Positions 50,451 to 62,157 of a stretch of 64,000 nt of DNA are shown in pieces. The DNA comes from Pseudovirgaria hyperparasitica (Eukaryota). The notes below the pieces were generated by a model. The model worked only from the letters and a program-made list of their open reading frames with translations. It was not told the DNA's origin and did no database searches. Each line of letters begins with the position of its first letter. Position 1 is the stretch's first letter. The stretch is taken from NCBI GenBank assembly GCA_010093815.1, contig ML996583.1; one strand, 5' to 3'. Made by a program: the position numbers and the translations under genes.

Positions 50451-51862
50451 GCAAGGGCTATGCTAGCTAACAAATAATGAGTTCAGTGATGTCGGTTTCA
50501 GCCACGACGGGAAAGAAGAAGACGAAGAAAGGTAATTAATAAGACGGGTTTCAGGTTCTTGGACTCCAGCAGACTGTATACATAAGAGCAAGTGCCCCAC
50601 TAGCAGGAGTGGAGAATAAGATGTGGGTGGAGCCGTGGTAGCTATTAAATACTAACTACGGTTCCAATGGACGCGATGGCGGCGGCGCTCAGTAAGAAGG
50701 CTCTGCGATGCAAAAGTCTTCATGTAGTATTATTAATTAGACAAAGCACAGTATGGTAATTAGTCGTGGAGGTGATGAATGTTAATGACAATGTCAAGGT
50801 AGAGTTGAAACGGTGGCGCATCCTACTGACGGTATGTCTCCATGTCTTATAATAATAACTTACTTTTTTTTGCATGCAATGTGTTGATGCAGTCAGCAGA
50901 TATGTCTACTCGTCGAGAATGTGAATATCGTGAATCGGCGCTGTGCGATCAGAACTACGCGTGACAACGCTAGGGAACAAACAGCAGACACGAGGCGGAA
51001 GAATGCTTGTGTTATGTTGAATTGTTCATTGTATCGTGTCGTGTCGTGTCGTGTGGCAGCACAGGGAGAGCGAGGCATGGCAAGTCCAGTATTCATTTCC
51101 GATCGGGACCTCAAAGGGCGTGGAGAGCTGCGGTGCCTATCAAAGTCGCCTATCAAGTCGCCTATCGGGGGGGGATGCTTGCATATCGCCGGGCGATTCT
51201 GCAGCCCCAGACGGCAGGAGGCTCGCGTACCTGATGCTAGACCACCTTACACGCCATTGTCGCCCGTTGATTGGCTGCAATACCGATCCTGACAGACTTT
51301 GACATACAAAGCACGGCCGTCCCTGTGTTTCATCCTACGCGTCCGTCGTGACTTCCTGGCTGGGTCTGCATGACGAATACAGGGCAGGTGCCAGCTGTGG
51401 CAAGGTCGACATCCATCCGGCGCCCTCTCATTGGCTGCGTTGCCCCCCCAGTACTGCCGCACCGCCGCAACCCACAACTCCCGTCATCTCTACTATATTC
51501 TCTCCCCTCTCTCCTCTTCCTTTTCTTTCTCTTCCACCTTTCTCTCCCTCTCTTCCCCCTCTTGCTATCGCATCGCTCAGGTCGTGCTCTTTGGCACCTT
51601 GCTCTCTTTTCAATCACTCTTCGGAGTACAGTCCTTCTTTTTTTATCACTCAATCGATCCACACACTCTCTTTCGAGCTTTGCCCACCTTTGCCATTCCT
51701 CGTTTCTTTTGCCCTGGAAGGCCACTATCCTTAAGAAAGCACTTCGAAAGTTGCTCATCCCCGCCCTCTGTTGCATATCCACCGCCAATTGACCATCTTC
51801 CACGTTTACGACCCGATCAGAAACGATTTACGCAAAAAAGTCAGTTATCCAATCTACCAATC

Positions 51863-53248
51863 ATGTCGACCAAGCTCGCTCTTCTCGCCCTGCTCTCTTC
51901 CGCTCTCGCCGTTCCGTTCGATGCCCGGCACCCAAAATACCCAGCTGGCAACACCACGGCTGTCATGCCCACTGGTGGCTATGGCGGTGATCACTCTACA
52001 GTCGAGCCCACCACCTACATCACAAGCACCTCATACATCACCCAATTCATCACCCTGACCAGGCCGCACTCTCCCAGTGCCCCTGAGCAAACCCCCACCC
52101 CCACTCAGGAGCAAAGTGTTGACGCCGAGGCTACTGGTGGTGCTGGCAGCGATTCTGGTGCCAATCCGGGCGGCTATGCCAGTCAAGGCAGTCAACAGTG
52201 TGGAGCTGTCGTCACTTCAACTGTCAAGCAACAGGTCACCGTCACTGTCACGGCTGGATCCGCCAACACTCCCGCGCCTGCTCCTCCCGCTGCTCCGTCC
52301 GCTCCTGCTGAACCTTCTGTCGCCCAGAGTCCAGTTGCTGCCCCGTCCTTTGCCACCTATGCTCCCGAGTCATCTGCCGCCCCGCCCGAATCTCACGCGC
52401 CAGAGGCCACTCCTTCCCCGACTCCAGCTCCAGCTCCGGCCCCAGCTCCGGCCCCAGTGTCCAGCGTTGTCCAGCAGCCAGCCCCCAGCAGCTCCACCGA
52501 GGAAGGTTACAAGCCCGCCCCCACAGCTGGTAGCTCCCCCAAGGGTGGCAAGCGTGGTCTCGCCTACAACGATGCTTCTCTTACGACATGCTTCAAGGAC
52601 AACGCAAAGGTCTCTTGGGCCTACAACTGGGAGGCTACTCCCCGCAACCTTGACTCCGCCTTCGAGTACGTCCCAACCATGTGGGGTATGAAGTCCGACT
52701 TTACCTCCACCTGGAAGGGCTTTGCCGACGCTGCCATTGCCTCTGGCTCAAAGCACCTCATGGCCTTCAACGAGCCTGACCTGACGTCTCAAGCCAACAT
52801 GTCGCCCGCTGACGCTGCCAAGAACTACCGTACCTACTTCCAACAATACTACGGCAAGGGTCTCCGTCTAGGTGCTCCATCCGTGACCAACGGAGGTGGA
52901 AACATGGGCCTGACCTGGCTGGCCAGCTTCATGAAGGAGTGCTCCGACTGCCAAATCGACTTTTGCCCGGTGCACTGGTACGACTCCTACCAGAACATTG
53001 ACTACTTCAAGAGCCACATGCAAAAGGCCACCGAGGCTTGCAACGGCAAGCCAATCTGGCTTACCGAGTTTGGTACCAATGATGGTTCTGATGACCAGAT
53101 CAGCGGCTTCCTCAAGACCGTCCTCCCGTGGTTGGACAGCCAGGACTACGTGGAGCGATATGCCTACTTCATGGCCGGCACTGGTGCACGCCAGCTCGTT
53201 ACCGGAACTGCCGCGAGCACCATTGGCGCCGTTTATGGCTCTGCATGA
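51863..53248 (+). CDS. Secreted GH128 beta-1,3-glucanase-like protein (Asl1-like) with a P/S/T-rich linker
   Basis: Signal peptide MSTKLALLALLSSALA; catalytic domain GKRGLAYN...WAYNW...EYVPTMWG...FNEPD...PVHWY...IWLTEF...VERYAYF. Confidence 0.92.
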   Translation: MSTKLALLALLSSALAVPFDARHPKYPAGNTTAVMPTGGYGGDHSTVEPTTYITSTSYITQFITLTRPHSPSAPEQTPTPTQEQSVDAEATGGAGSDSGANPGGYASQGSQQCGAVVTSTVKQQVTVTVTAGSANTPAPAPPAAPSAPAEPSVAQSPVAAPSFATYAPESSAAPPESHAPEATPSPTPAPAPAPAPAPVSSVVQQPAPSSSTEEGYKPAPTAGSSPKGGKRGLAYNDASLTTCFKDNAKVSWAYNWEATPRNLDSAFEYVPTMWGMKSDFTSTWKGFADAAIASGSKHLMAFNEPDLTSQANMSPADAAKNYRTYFQQYYGKGLRLGAPSVTNGGGNMGLTWLASFMKECSDCQIDFCPVHWYDSYQNIDYFKSHMQKATEACNGKPIWLTEFGTNDGSDDQISGFLKTVLPWLDSQDYVERYAYFMAGTGARQLVTGTAASTIGAVYGSA

Positions 53249-53724
53249 TTCTTTTTAAACTTGTCATGAATCGATATCGTCTGGGTAGATGTGGTGCCTC
53301 TCTGTCTCACCCGGACGGGCACCGTCGTCCCCTACGGTGAATGAATTCCTCTTTATACTTCGTGTCTATACTTATTTAACACTGGCAAGAGTCGCTTTAG
53401 CGAACGGGGTTTCGTCGAGTGCTCTGCCTTTGGGATTGTGTTGTCATCAGCGCATTGCGTGGGCTGCGAAACGGCTTGGGTTCGATCATAGACTGGTGCA
53501 GAGCGCAGTATGTCCAAGTCAAATGTTGAACATTGTCTATCGACTTGTCTTTTACTCTCGTTGATTTTGCTTCCTCGTGTGACCTTGCTCGTGATGTTGC
53601 GAATTGAATGCAAGCCTACATCTCCACGATACTCGTAGCCCTTGCTGACGGTCCTCTCAGTCATGGTAGCACCTTTCCACTACATTTGTGTATCATACAT
53701 ACAAGCCATGTGGCCAACAGCCCT

Positions 53725-55251
53725 TTACCACTCCGTATCATCCACATCATGCCCGCCATGCGTGCTTGACATGTCCTCCCACCACACCAGATTATCCGCC
53801 ACATGCCTATACTCATCAAACCCCATGCCCAACGCCTGCTCATACTCGGCCGCTAAGCCAGCAAACCCGGACCTCGTCGTATCGCACTGCCTGAGCTGGT
53901 GCTGCTTCACCTTCCGATACCGCAGCAGTCGAAACGCAAGCACGCTGACGGGCGCCCACGAGCCCTCCCGCAGCGTAATCCGATCCAGGTCCAGCTCCGT
54001 GATGCGCCGGTGCCGCACAAGAAACCGGCACAGCTCGTCCGACGTCAGGTCAAGCGAGCCAAGGTACAAATACGCCAGATCGGGCCATTTCTCCGTGCCG
54101 CTGCCAACGTACGCCGTCAGGGGCAGCGCATAGTTTGTCGTCGTCGTTGTATCTCCGCCGCTCCGGTCCCGCCGCATCCCGCTGTCCGAGAGGTTGAGTT
54201 TGAGGCGCTCGAGCGCGGCGCATGAGCCGATGAGGCGGCCGAGGAGGCCCGTGGCTAGCAGGGCGCGGAGCTGTGTCTGCGAGCTTGGATAAGGGGCGTG
54301 GATCGCGCCGTCGTGATATTCGCCTGGTGCGTCGGTGCTTGTCGCGAGTGCGAGCTTGAGGTCGCGCACCTGAGCAAAGGAGGCGCAGAGTGCGGCGAAG
54401 CGCGCGGGCACGCGCTGTGCGGCGGCGAGAAAGGAGATGTGCATGTGGAGGTCTAGAGTGCGGATGTTGTTTGGTGTGCATGATGCCAGCGCGGCAAAGA
54501 GGTTGAACAGCGGCCGGAAGTCGAGGCAGTCGATGCCCTCGCGCGCGAAGCCGATGGGGAGGTTGGCAAAGTGCTTGTGTCTGCTGGGCAGTTGGGGCCC
54601 GCAGAGGTCGGGCTTCCAGCGGTGATCTTCCGCGTAGGACCAGAAGATGATCTTGGAGAGGCGCGGGAGGGCAGGGAGGGCGGTTTGGAGGAGGACGAGG
54701 GCGTCGTGGGCTTGGGCGCGGATGAGTTCGCGCTCTTGGGCCATGGGCTTGAAGAAGGTGTCTGTTTGCTTGGAGGGGATGTATAGTTCCTTGATGATCG
54801 CGCAGTAGCTGCAGCACTCGTTTTCGTCGTCGTTACTGTTCTCAAGGCTCCGCTTCGCGCGATGCAGCGGATCAAGCCACGCATTGCAGAACCCGTACGA
54901 CGCAGCATCATACACGAGCGTGCGCACTCCCCTCGCCACAAGCGGATGCTCGTCGCACAGCCTGCGCAGCCGGTCCAGCGGCGCCCTTTCCGACGCAATG
55001 CACACCCGCTCGAGCAGCAGTGGCGCCCCCGCATCTGCAAACGTCTTGCACACGAGGCGGAGGTTCTGGATCGAGGCGGTGTCGTGAAGGCTGTATCGCG
55101 GCCCGTTGGACTTGTAGTATTTGCGGCGTGGGATGTGTGCGCGGCTTGGCTGTCTGACGTGTGTGAAGATGAGAGTGGTGAGCTCGAGGGGGAGGGGGAA
55201 GGAGGATTGTGGTTTGGGCGGAGGGGGTGGTGAGGGGATTGGGGATGTCAT
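53725..55251 (-). CDS. F-box-like protein with a degenerate LRR-like C-terminus
   Basis: 508-codon intronless ORF; LPLELTTLIFTHV...IQNLRLVCKTF F-box signature, then LxxLxL repeats (LERLKLNL, LAYLYL, ITELDL). Confidence 0.7.
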   Translation of the reverse strand: MTSPIPSPPPPPKPQSSFPLPLELTTLIFTHVRQPSRAHIPRRKYYKSNGPRYSLHDTASIQNLRLVCKTFADAGAPLLLERVCIASERAPLDRLRRLCDEHPLVARGVRTLVYDAASYGFCNAWLDPLHRAKRSLENSNDDENECCSYCAIIKELYIPSKQTDTFFKPMAQERELIRAQAHDALVLLQTALPALPRLSKIIFWSYAEDHRWKPDLCGPQLPSRHKHFANLPIGFAREGIDCLDFRPLFNLFAALASCTPNNIRTLDLHMHISFLAAAQRVPARFAALCASFAQVRDLKLALATSTDAPGEYHDGAIHAPYPSSQTQLRALLATGLLGRLIGSCAALERLKLNLSDSGMRRDRSGGDTTTTTNYALPLTAYVGSGTEKWPDLAYLYLGSLDLTSDELCRFLVRHRRITELDLDRITLREGSWAPVSVLAFRLLRYRKVKQHQLRQCDTTRSGFAGLAAEYEQALGMGFDEYRHVADNLVWWEDMSSTHGGHDVDDTEW

Positions 55252-56142
55252 TTTTGTGATGATGCTGCTGCTGACGTGGGAGAGAGGTGGTAGATTGCGT
55301 TTTATGTAAAGTGGTAGTCGTAGGCTACAGGATCGCGCTATATCTTCGCGCGTCTACCTATAAAAGCGGGTCGGAACTATATCTACTCTTGGCATGGTGT
55401 AGGACGACTTCGGGAGAGTAAGCTAGGCTAGTCATGTCTTGGTCTGTATGGGATTCCCGTTCGATATATATGTCGACGCATCAACAGGTGCAAGAGCAAG
55501 AGCAAGTTCGGATGCAATACTGTGGCCGCTTCAGTCTGATTTCTTCCTGCGTTCATTCGCTGTCTTTCGCCTCGGTTGAAGCCATCCATCATTGCCGTGC
55601 TGTATTCAATATCGATGCAAGTGCTCGACACAACGGTCAGTGGTGATATATTTATGATAGTATACTCTCCTTTTTTCGACACGCTGTCGGTCAAATCCGT
55701 ACAGCAGGGCTCCGGGCAATTGCTCGACCACAAATATCACACGATCCAGGGCAAGATGATTGTAGCGACCTATAATTCCGTCGTAGACAGGGGTTTCGAG
55801 CTGCATAGAGAATCCTTACAATGTCAGGTTCAGGAAAATGCAACACCCGCGACTGAACCGGAAGCCCATTATATATGGATGTGCCTGGATATATCTATGA
55901 ATAGGAGATATTGCTCTCTGCGAAGTCTTGGAAGAACATGGCTGCGTAGACACAGTATGATCTTTGGAACGGCACTCTACACTGGTCGAAGCATGAACTT
56001 GACGACACGAAGTTATTTGATTGATGCATAGTACTACTGTACAAGCAACAGTCATCAGGTTTGAAATACTAGAAGAGAGTTTGCGCCAAGGATGATACTC
56101 AATCACGAGGAATTCAGATTGTAATGACTAATACCAAGAGTA

Positions 56143-57276
56143 TCAAGATCTTCTTCTCCCAAACACCCTGATTCTCTTCACACCTCCGTCAGGAATAATG
56201 ACCAGTTTGACATGTGAGTACGTCTGTCCCTGTGCATTGCTCAGCTCTTGTGATCCATACTCGTGCTCGCGATCTGGCCCTGCTTTCTGTGGCGACAAAA
56301 CCTCCTGCCATGCACCATCATCTGCATCAGGATCCTTGTCAAACCTCCCAGCAAACACCTGCACCTTCTGCGGGAAGTTACCACGGAAATGAGCAGTGTC
56401 AATAACAATCCGCTCGATCTCCCCCGTAGTTCCCAGTCTGATAATTGCCCAATCAATATGTGGACCCCTCGTGCGCTTGGTCTCCCAGCCATCACCCATA
56501 TCCATGCCTCGCCCTGGCAGGAGCAAATTGTCTTTCGTGCCAAAGTGTTGATCCGAGCAGCTGACAGCGACTCCACCATTCACAGTCGCAGCAAGGTCGA
56601 ATACCGCGTCAACATCCTGCGGGAACACCGGCAGCGCCACTCCGAACAGCTTGAAACGTGCAATGCCCCCATCAGGATACATCAGCAGTCTGACGTGTGT
56701 GTATGCCTTCTCCGTAATCTTGCTCAACAGCCATGCGTGTCGCTGGCTCGGCCCGCACTCCTGCTTTTCAAGTATCGTCTCCCAGCCCGCGAAGCTCTTA
56801 TCACTGACCTTTGCGTCATCATTGCTGAAGCAGCCCTCGACCGCGATTTCAGGGGCGTGGTTCCCGTTGAAGAATGCCGTGTCTATCTCCACGCCTTTGA
56901 CCTTCCCGCTGGCAACGCCCAGTCTTATGACTACCCAATCGAAGGGTTCGGTGTTGTGACGCCTCGTCTCCCAACCATCGTACCAAGCGCCTGCATGCGT
57001 GAACACTCCTGGCTTGCGTACAGGCGGTGTCGAAGTCGTAAGGTTCTCGGCCGCAGCAAACCATTCATCAGAAAAGGAGAGGATACGGGAGCCTAGTGGC
57101 TTGGAGATGAGGTCTGACAGTGTCGATGTCTCAGCAAGTCTCTACTCGTGCGTGTCATTCTTGGAGATTGAGTTACCTATACTAGTCGAGCCAAACGTCT
57201 CTTGGATCTTCTCGGGTGCGACTACTGTAACGTCGCCTTCACCTATGGGCTCGGAAACAATTGCTTGGATCTCCAT
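56143..57276 (-). CDS. DAL2: Allantoicase
   Basis: ATG 57276, intron 57176..57114. SDEWFAAAENL, DGWETRRHN, IDTAFFNGN, YPDGGIAR, and a second repeat DGWETKR...IDTAHFRGN...PDGGVKR. Confidence 0.96.
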
Positions 57277-57639
57277 GTTGTGCGACGATTGATGGATGTA
57301 CAGCTAGAAGCATGGAAAAGTCTCGAGGAAGACGGCGCCTTCTGAATAGCTCTTGTGAATGTCGGCGTTTGATTGTCCCTGTCATGGCGGGGCAGGCGGC
57401 GACCCAACCCCCGCGTAGGGCTGACTAGCTCCTGAAATCAGCAGCACTAAAAAGCCTTCTAAAAGGCTGTGCACTATACTGCGTCCAACGTCTCTAGGAC
57501 ATGATTGTTATCTCTGGGAACTAATTTGCCTTCGAGCTTTGAGCCCGGATTCCTGCTAGTATCTGCGAGTGATCTGATGTTCAAGTTTTCCGACCAAAAG
57601 TTCAAAAAGAAGGTCGAGCATGTAAATTCAAAAAGGAAA

Positions 57640-57730
57640 TTCCGAATAGGGGAATCGAACCCCTGGCTGCTGTGTACTTCTTGGGAGACCCAATGAGAGA
57701 CAGCGATGTTAGCCACTACACCAATTCGGA
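57640..57730 (-). tRNA. tRNA-Glu(CUC) with a 19-nt intron
   Basis: Reverse complement reads TCCGAATTGGTGTAGTGGCTAACATCGCTGTCT-CTC-A[intron 57693..57675]CACAGCAGCCAGGGGTTCGATTCCCCTATTCGGAA. Acceptor, D, anticodon and T arms pair, and a T-run Pol III terminator follows. Confidence 0.95.
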
Positions 57731-57989
57731 AATGCTTAGAAGAGTTTTAGTATTTTTCAATATAATCTATGTCTATACTATTTTACACATGGGCCTAATC
57801 TGTAACCTTAATTATATAAATTAGAATAATTTAAGTAAAGAACTATTATAATAGCTGCTATAACAAAGCTAACGACACGTAACTCTCTACGTGGTGTCCT
57901 ATAGGAACTTTAGTAGAATTTACCGTGATTAACGTAATTATCTAACTAGTTTAACTACCAACGGTCCATATATACAAGCCTAGTACTAG

Positions 57990-60300
57990 ATAAGATCTAG
58001 TTTGGGAACACCGAGCTAAATCGCAGCCCATGCCAGCGTCTGCAGCGCTTGTGTGGAATTGAACTCTACGGCTGTCGCGCTTTGGAGAGTGCATGCTATT
58101 AGCTTCTTCCCTACCATACCAACCGTGCAGCGTACGATGGCAACTGTTGGCCATCTACTTATCGCCTAATTGGCAGTCTATAATCAGGATCCAGGTTCTG
58201 GCATGTTCATGCGGCGTGGTAGTTAGCTAGTAAAATATCCAAGTCCCTTTACGGTACGCCAGGATAGCGTACTTCACTCTTCTATGAGGTAGCAGCGAGT
58301 AAATGACTCCAATGGCATTCAAAACCCAATCCAAAACTCAATCGAGAGTATGTCTTAGCTAATAAATAAATCTTCATACTAACAAATACGAGTAAGATTA
58401 TACTATTACCAACTTTCAAAGAGAACAATAGCGTACCTCAATAGGTAGCTAGCAAGACCTCCTAAGGAGGGCTTAGACAACATCAGGGGGAATACAAGAA
58501 GCACTTACAACACTCGCTAGTTCTATTAAAGAGCTTGGTAATGCGATGGAGGCCGCACAGTTACTTTTTAGTAAGGCTTACCGTAGTAGATTAGGGTCAT
58601 GCTAACTCGATAGGCGTATCCATAACGCAAGCGGACCTCTGCAGATCATTCATTGATATGTCCAATGACAACTTCGTTGCTACCATCGATAATATGACCG
58701 CGCTACCAGGCATCGAGACGTTCGAGTTCGCTGAATAGAAAACTATTATGAAGGAGCAAGGCACAAAGAAAGAAAAGGGGCCGATGATATTAGATACTAT
58801 ACTAAATAGAGATAAGTAGTAGAGTCAAGCATAACATATGCGATAGACCAGATCTACGTCGTCCTAACAGACTATCTAGAACCATACTACTAGGGTAGTG
58901 AAATTAAAGTACACTTTGCTAGAATCTTATCGTATCAATCAAAACTTCTTCTTTCACCGATTATAGTACTGTTAAGCCTCTAGATCTAGATAATGATAAC
59001 TTCGGGATAGTGTGAGGCTGTAAAGGCAGCTCTATTTCTAGATCGCCATGAGCGTAACCAGGATCCACTGCTAGAGTCTGGATCTGAAGAAGAATTCGGC
59101 GAGGTTTATTCATAATTGTAAGAAATGTACTAATAACCCCTTGAAGAGAAACATGCCCTTTCAAAACCTAGAAGCTAGTGAAGCGAATTGTATGGAGTTT
59201 GACTAGCTTTATGCGAGTGCGACTTTTGAGAACCTAGGAGTAGATTAGCTTTATTAACTTAGCATGCGCACGACGTGTTACGTACAAACAAAGCCAGTAC
59301 TTTTGAGGGATAGTGGCAAAAATCCGTCGTGTCAAGAGGATATTTCAGACCTGAGCCAGCGATGTTCAGTCGGAGCTCTTTAAGCTGCTTTAAAGATGAA
59401 ATAAGATCCCATGCATACCTCTAGGGCTACCGTGGTGGCTTCATCGAGTTCAAGTACAAGCACCGGAGAGTGCCTACATGCTTCATGATTACAAGAGTAC
59501 TCAAAGATAGCCGTAGGTTGGAAAGATCGAACTAGATGACCTTCAATCCGTCGATAGCAGTAAGCAAGCTTTCAAGAACTTGCACGACGCGTTACAAGGA
59601 TCTAATATAAAGAATATAGGTGAATGTTCCCAACTTAAGATCGGAAAAAGAGGTTAGAAAAGATTCTACACGGGGACACTAGATGACCGCCAGGTGACGT
59701 AATGCAGATGAACAAAGTATTTGGTGCAAGTTTAGGTCGACTCGAATTAATCGTAGAGAATTCAGTCCTTGCGGCACATAGTTCCAGATATTTCTTGGGA
59801 TAGTGCACGGAATATACGGGAAGCTCTCGTGTTCGTCAAGTCGCTATAGCCTTAGAAATGCGGCCCTTAAGTTACTAGGTATCGATGATATAGAACTGAC
59901 TTAGACACTAATCGCTAATAGGTTATCCGAAGAAACGACTGTACTACATAGTCGGTTCAACTGGCAGTGACTTAGGGAGCGAAGATCAAGGTATCGCAAT
60001 TTCCCATGCGTACTAAGGAATGTGCGGAAGCTTTACACACCTACTTAACTACTCGAAAGATAACTCGTGATCAAATCGCGTGGACTATGGCGAATATATT
60101 CCGTAACTTAGCTACTTTCGTACTCCCGCAGACGAATAAATCCTAGGATAAGAGTAAAGGTCGAATTGAATGATTAGCTAAGGCTGCCTCGTCGAGTACC
60201 ACGTAAAAGTGTAATAAGCTCGTCGCACTAACACTAGTTCCGCGTAATACTAAGCGAGCACTTAGAAGACCTTCTATTAGAAGCTTTTCTAATTAGCTGT
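57990..60300 (+). pseudogene. Heavily degenerated (RIP-like) coding relic of unknown family
   Basis: No long ORF on either strand, with an excess of TA/TAG/TAA. Plus-strand frames read protein-like between TAG/TAA/TGA codons that would be CAG/CAA/CGA before C-to-T change. A residual intron signature GTATGT...ACTAAC...AG lies at about 58348-58396. Confidence 0.45.
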
Positions 60301-61256
60301 TCGCTTCTACTATATAACTTAACATACCTAAGCTAAACATATTAGAGAAATAACTCCATTGGTATACTAGATAAGCTATGCCCTTAGAGGCGACTGGATT
60401 TGCATGGTTACTAGTAAAGGGAAAAAGCTAAGGATTCCAAGCTAATCTTACTATATGTACCTTTACATGGTTCACCCTATGTAATAGATTCTTACTAGAC
60501 AATTAAGAGAATAGTTACTTTATACATTTAAAAGAGATGGGACTTAGCTAGGATTGGCGGGACTTAGTAGGGCTTAGTCTAAGTTAACGGGCCGTTCCGT
60601 GTATCTATAAAAGATGGGGTCTAAAAGCTTGTTTGTTCGTGGTTAGATGCGCACGGGAACATGTATCATCTATGTTTATTATAAGTCTAAAGCTCGAGGA
60701 AGCTGTCCCTGCCCGCTTACCATGGAATCCAGTCGTCCTCTGTGCCGATAATGATGGCCCTAGTTCACTACTATTTCGGGTTGCTTCTATATGGAGGACT
60801 TATGGCGCGGTTCACATTAGAAGTTCTATGTAGAACAATAATGCGGGGATCTTGCGTCGTGGGAATGGTATGCTGGATTATTTCCAAAGCGGTATTTTGG
60901 TACTCTGCATTAATTAGTCTAAAGCTCTGGGTGCTTCCAGTCGGCGATGCTCGGTGCTCGCATTATTACATCGCGTTTCTCCTAATCGACTCCGTCCTCG
61001 TAATATGGGACTATTCGCATCATAGAAATAGAGTTTTGAATAACCTCTGTGGCGTGATTTTTTAGTCCACGAACCATCGATTGCTTCACGGAGTGTAATT
61101 AGCGAGTTCTGCTAGTGGAGCTGGTGATATTAGCGGCTTAGCCCCCGGTCAATCGCCTCGCGCTCTGCGTCCGCTTTCTTCGCCCGTCGCAACCCTGCCA
61201 ATCTTGCGCATCATTTCCTTTGCAACTTTACAGGCTTCGCATGCCCGCGATAGACC

Positions 61257-62101
61257 ATGGCATCAGGCTTTCTTGATCGATGCATATCGCGCCTTCTACA
61301 TAGCCGAACTTCAATTGCGAAGAAGATCTGTGGCACATTAGGTCCCAACGTCGTTCGAGTAGGTCGACATCGACTCGTTAAAGGTCCCTGCCATGAGGCC
61401 GAACTGGAAGCCTTACAATTCGTCGCCAGATCAACATCTATACCTATACCCAGAGTTCATCGGACATATAAATACAAAGATAGGCTCTACATCGAAATGG
61501 AATATGTTCAGGGTCAGACTCTCGCGTTCGCTTGGATGAAAGGGCTGCTATCCGAGGATCAAAAAGAGCTATTATTGAAGAGCTCGCGAATTTTGTTGGC
61601 CAACTCCGGGGGCTGAAGCCACCGCAGGATGGAATCGTTGCATCGGCAGAGTCGCATTCCTGCCTGGATTATCGAATCGGGAATAGACCTGTTGGACCAT
61701 TCTCTACCTACGACGAGTTTCATGCCTTCCTTCGAGGCAATATCCCATTTGATTCTAGTGAGCAGATTTTTGGGCAGCAAGTATCAAAATGTCATTCGCG
61801 CTCCTATCGTACCCTCTTTTCTCACTCAGATCTTGCTCAGCGTAACATTATAGTCAAGGATGGTAGGATTGTGGCTATTATAGACTGGGCATTCAGCGGT
61901 TGGTATCCTGAGTATTGGGAGTATACAAAGGCGCATTATGGCATGATGAACGTGCCAGACTGGTACTCGGAGTTCGAACGTGTTATGCCTAAGTACGATG
62001 ACGAGTTGAAGGCTGAATATCTTCTCTGGGCTCTATATGAGGAGCCCGGGAATCAAAAGCATTGGCGCGTTCCCGGACCCGAAGGAGCAGTTGTTCAATA
62101 G
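61257..62101 (+). pseudogene. APH/choline-kinase-like phosphotransferase with a single frameshift (pseudogene or sequencing error)
   Basis: N-lobe LVKG...ELEALQFV...TSIPIPRV...IEMEYVQG in ORF 61257..61616. C-lobe FSHSDLAQRNIIV...AIIDWAFSGWYPEYWEY in ORF 61532..62101. One extra A in the run at 61561-61565 would fuse the two. Confidence 0.8.
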
Positions 62102-62157
62102 GCACACTATCTATCATACTACGAACCACAGCTCCCCTATGGTCGTATCATAGACCT

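Noticed and set aside
51431..51862. 144-codon in-frame N-terminal extension of the GH128 ORF
   Set aside because: It starts at TTG and crosses a CT-rich 5' UTR-like tract that is naturally poor in stops; ATG 51863 gives a clean signal peptide.
55434..56031. Overlapping 70- and 151-codon ORFs between the F-box gene and allantoicase
   Set aside because: No domain signature or convincing splice structure.
60539..60590. Repeated GACTTAG/GGCTTAG motifs resembling telomeric or terminal repeats
   Set aside because: Too short and degenerate, not TTAGGG arrays, and no partner terminus was found.
61555..61600. Programmed -1 ribosomal frameshift in the APH-like kinase
   Set aside because: No canonical X XXY YYZ heptamer in frame and no evident downstream structure; an indel is simpler.
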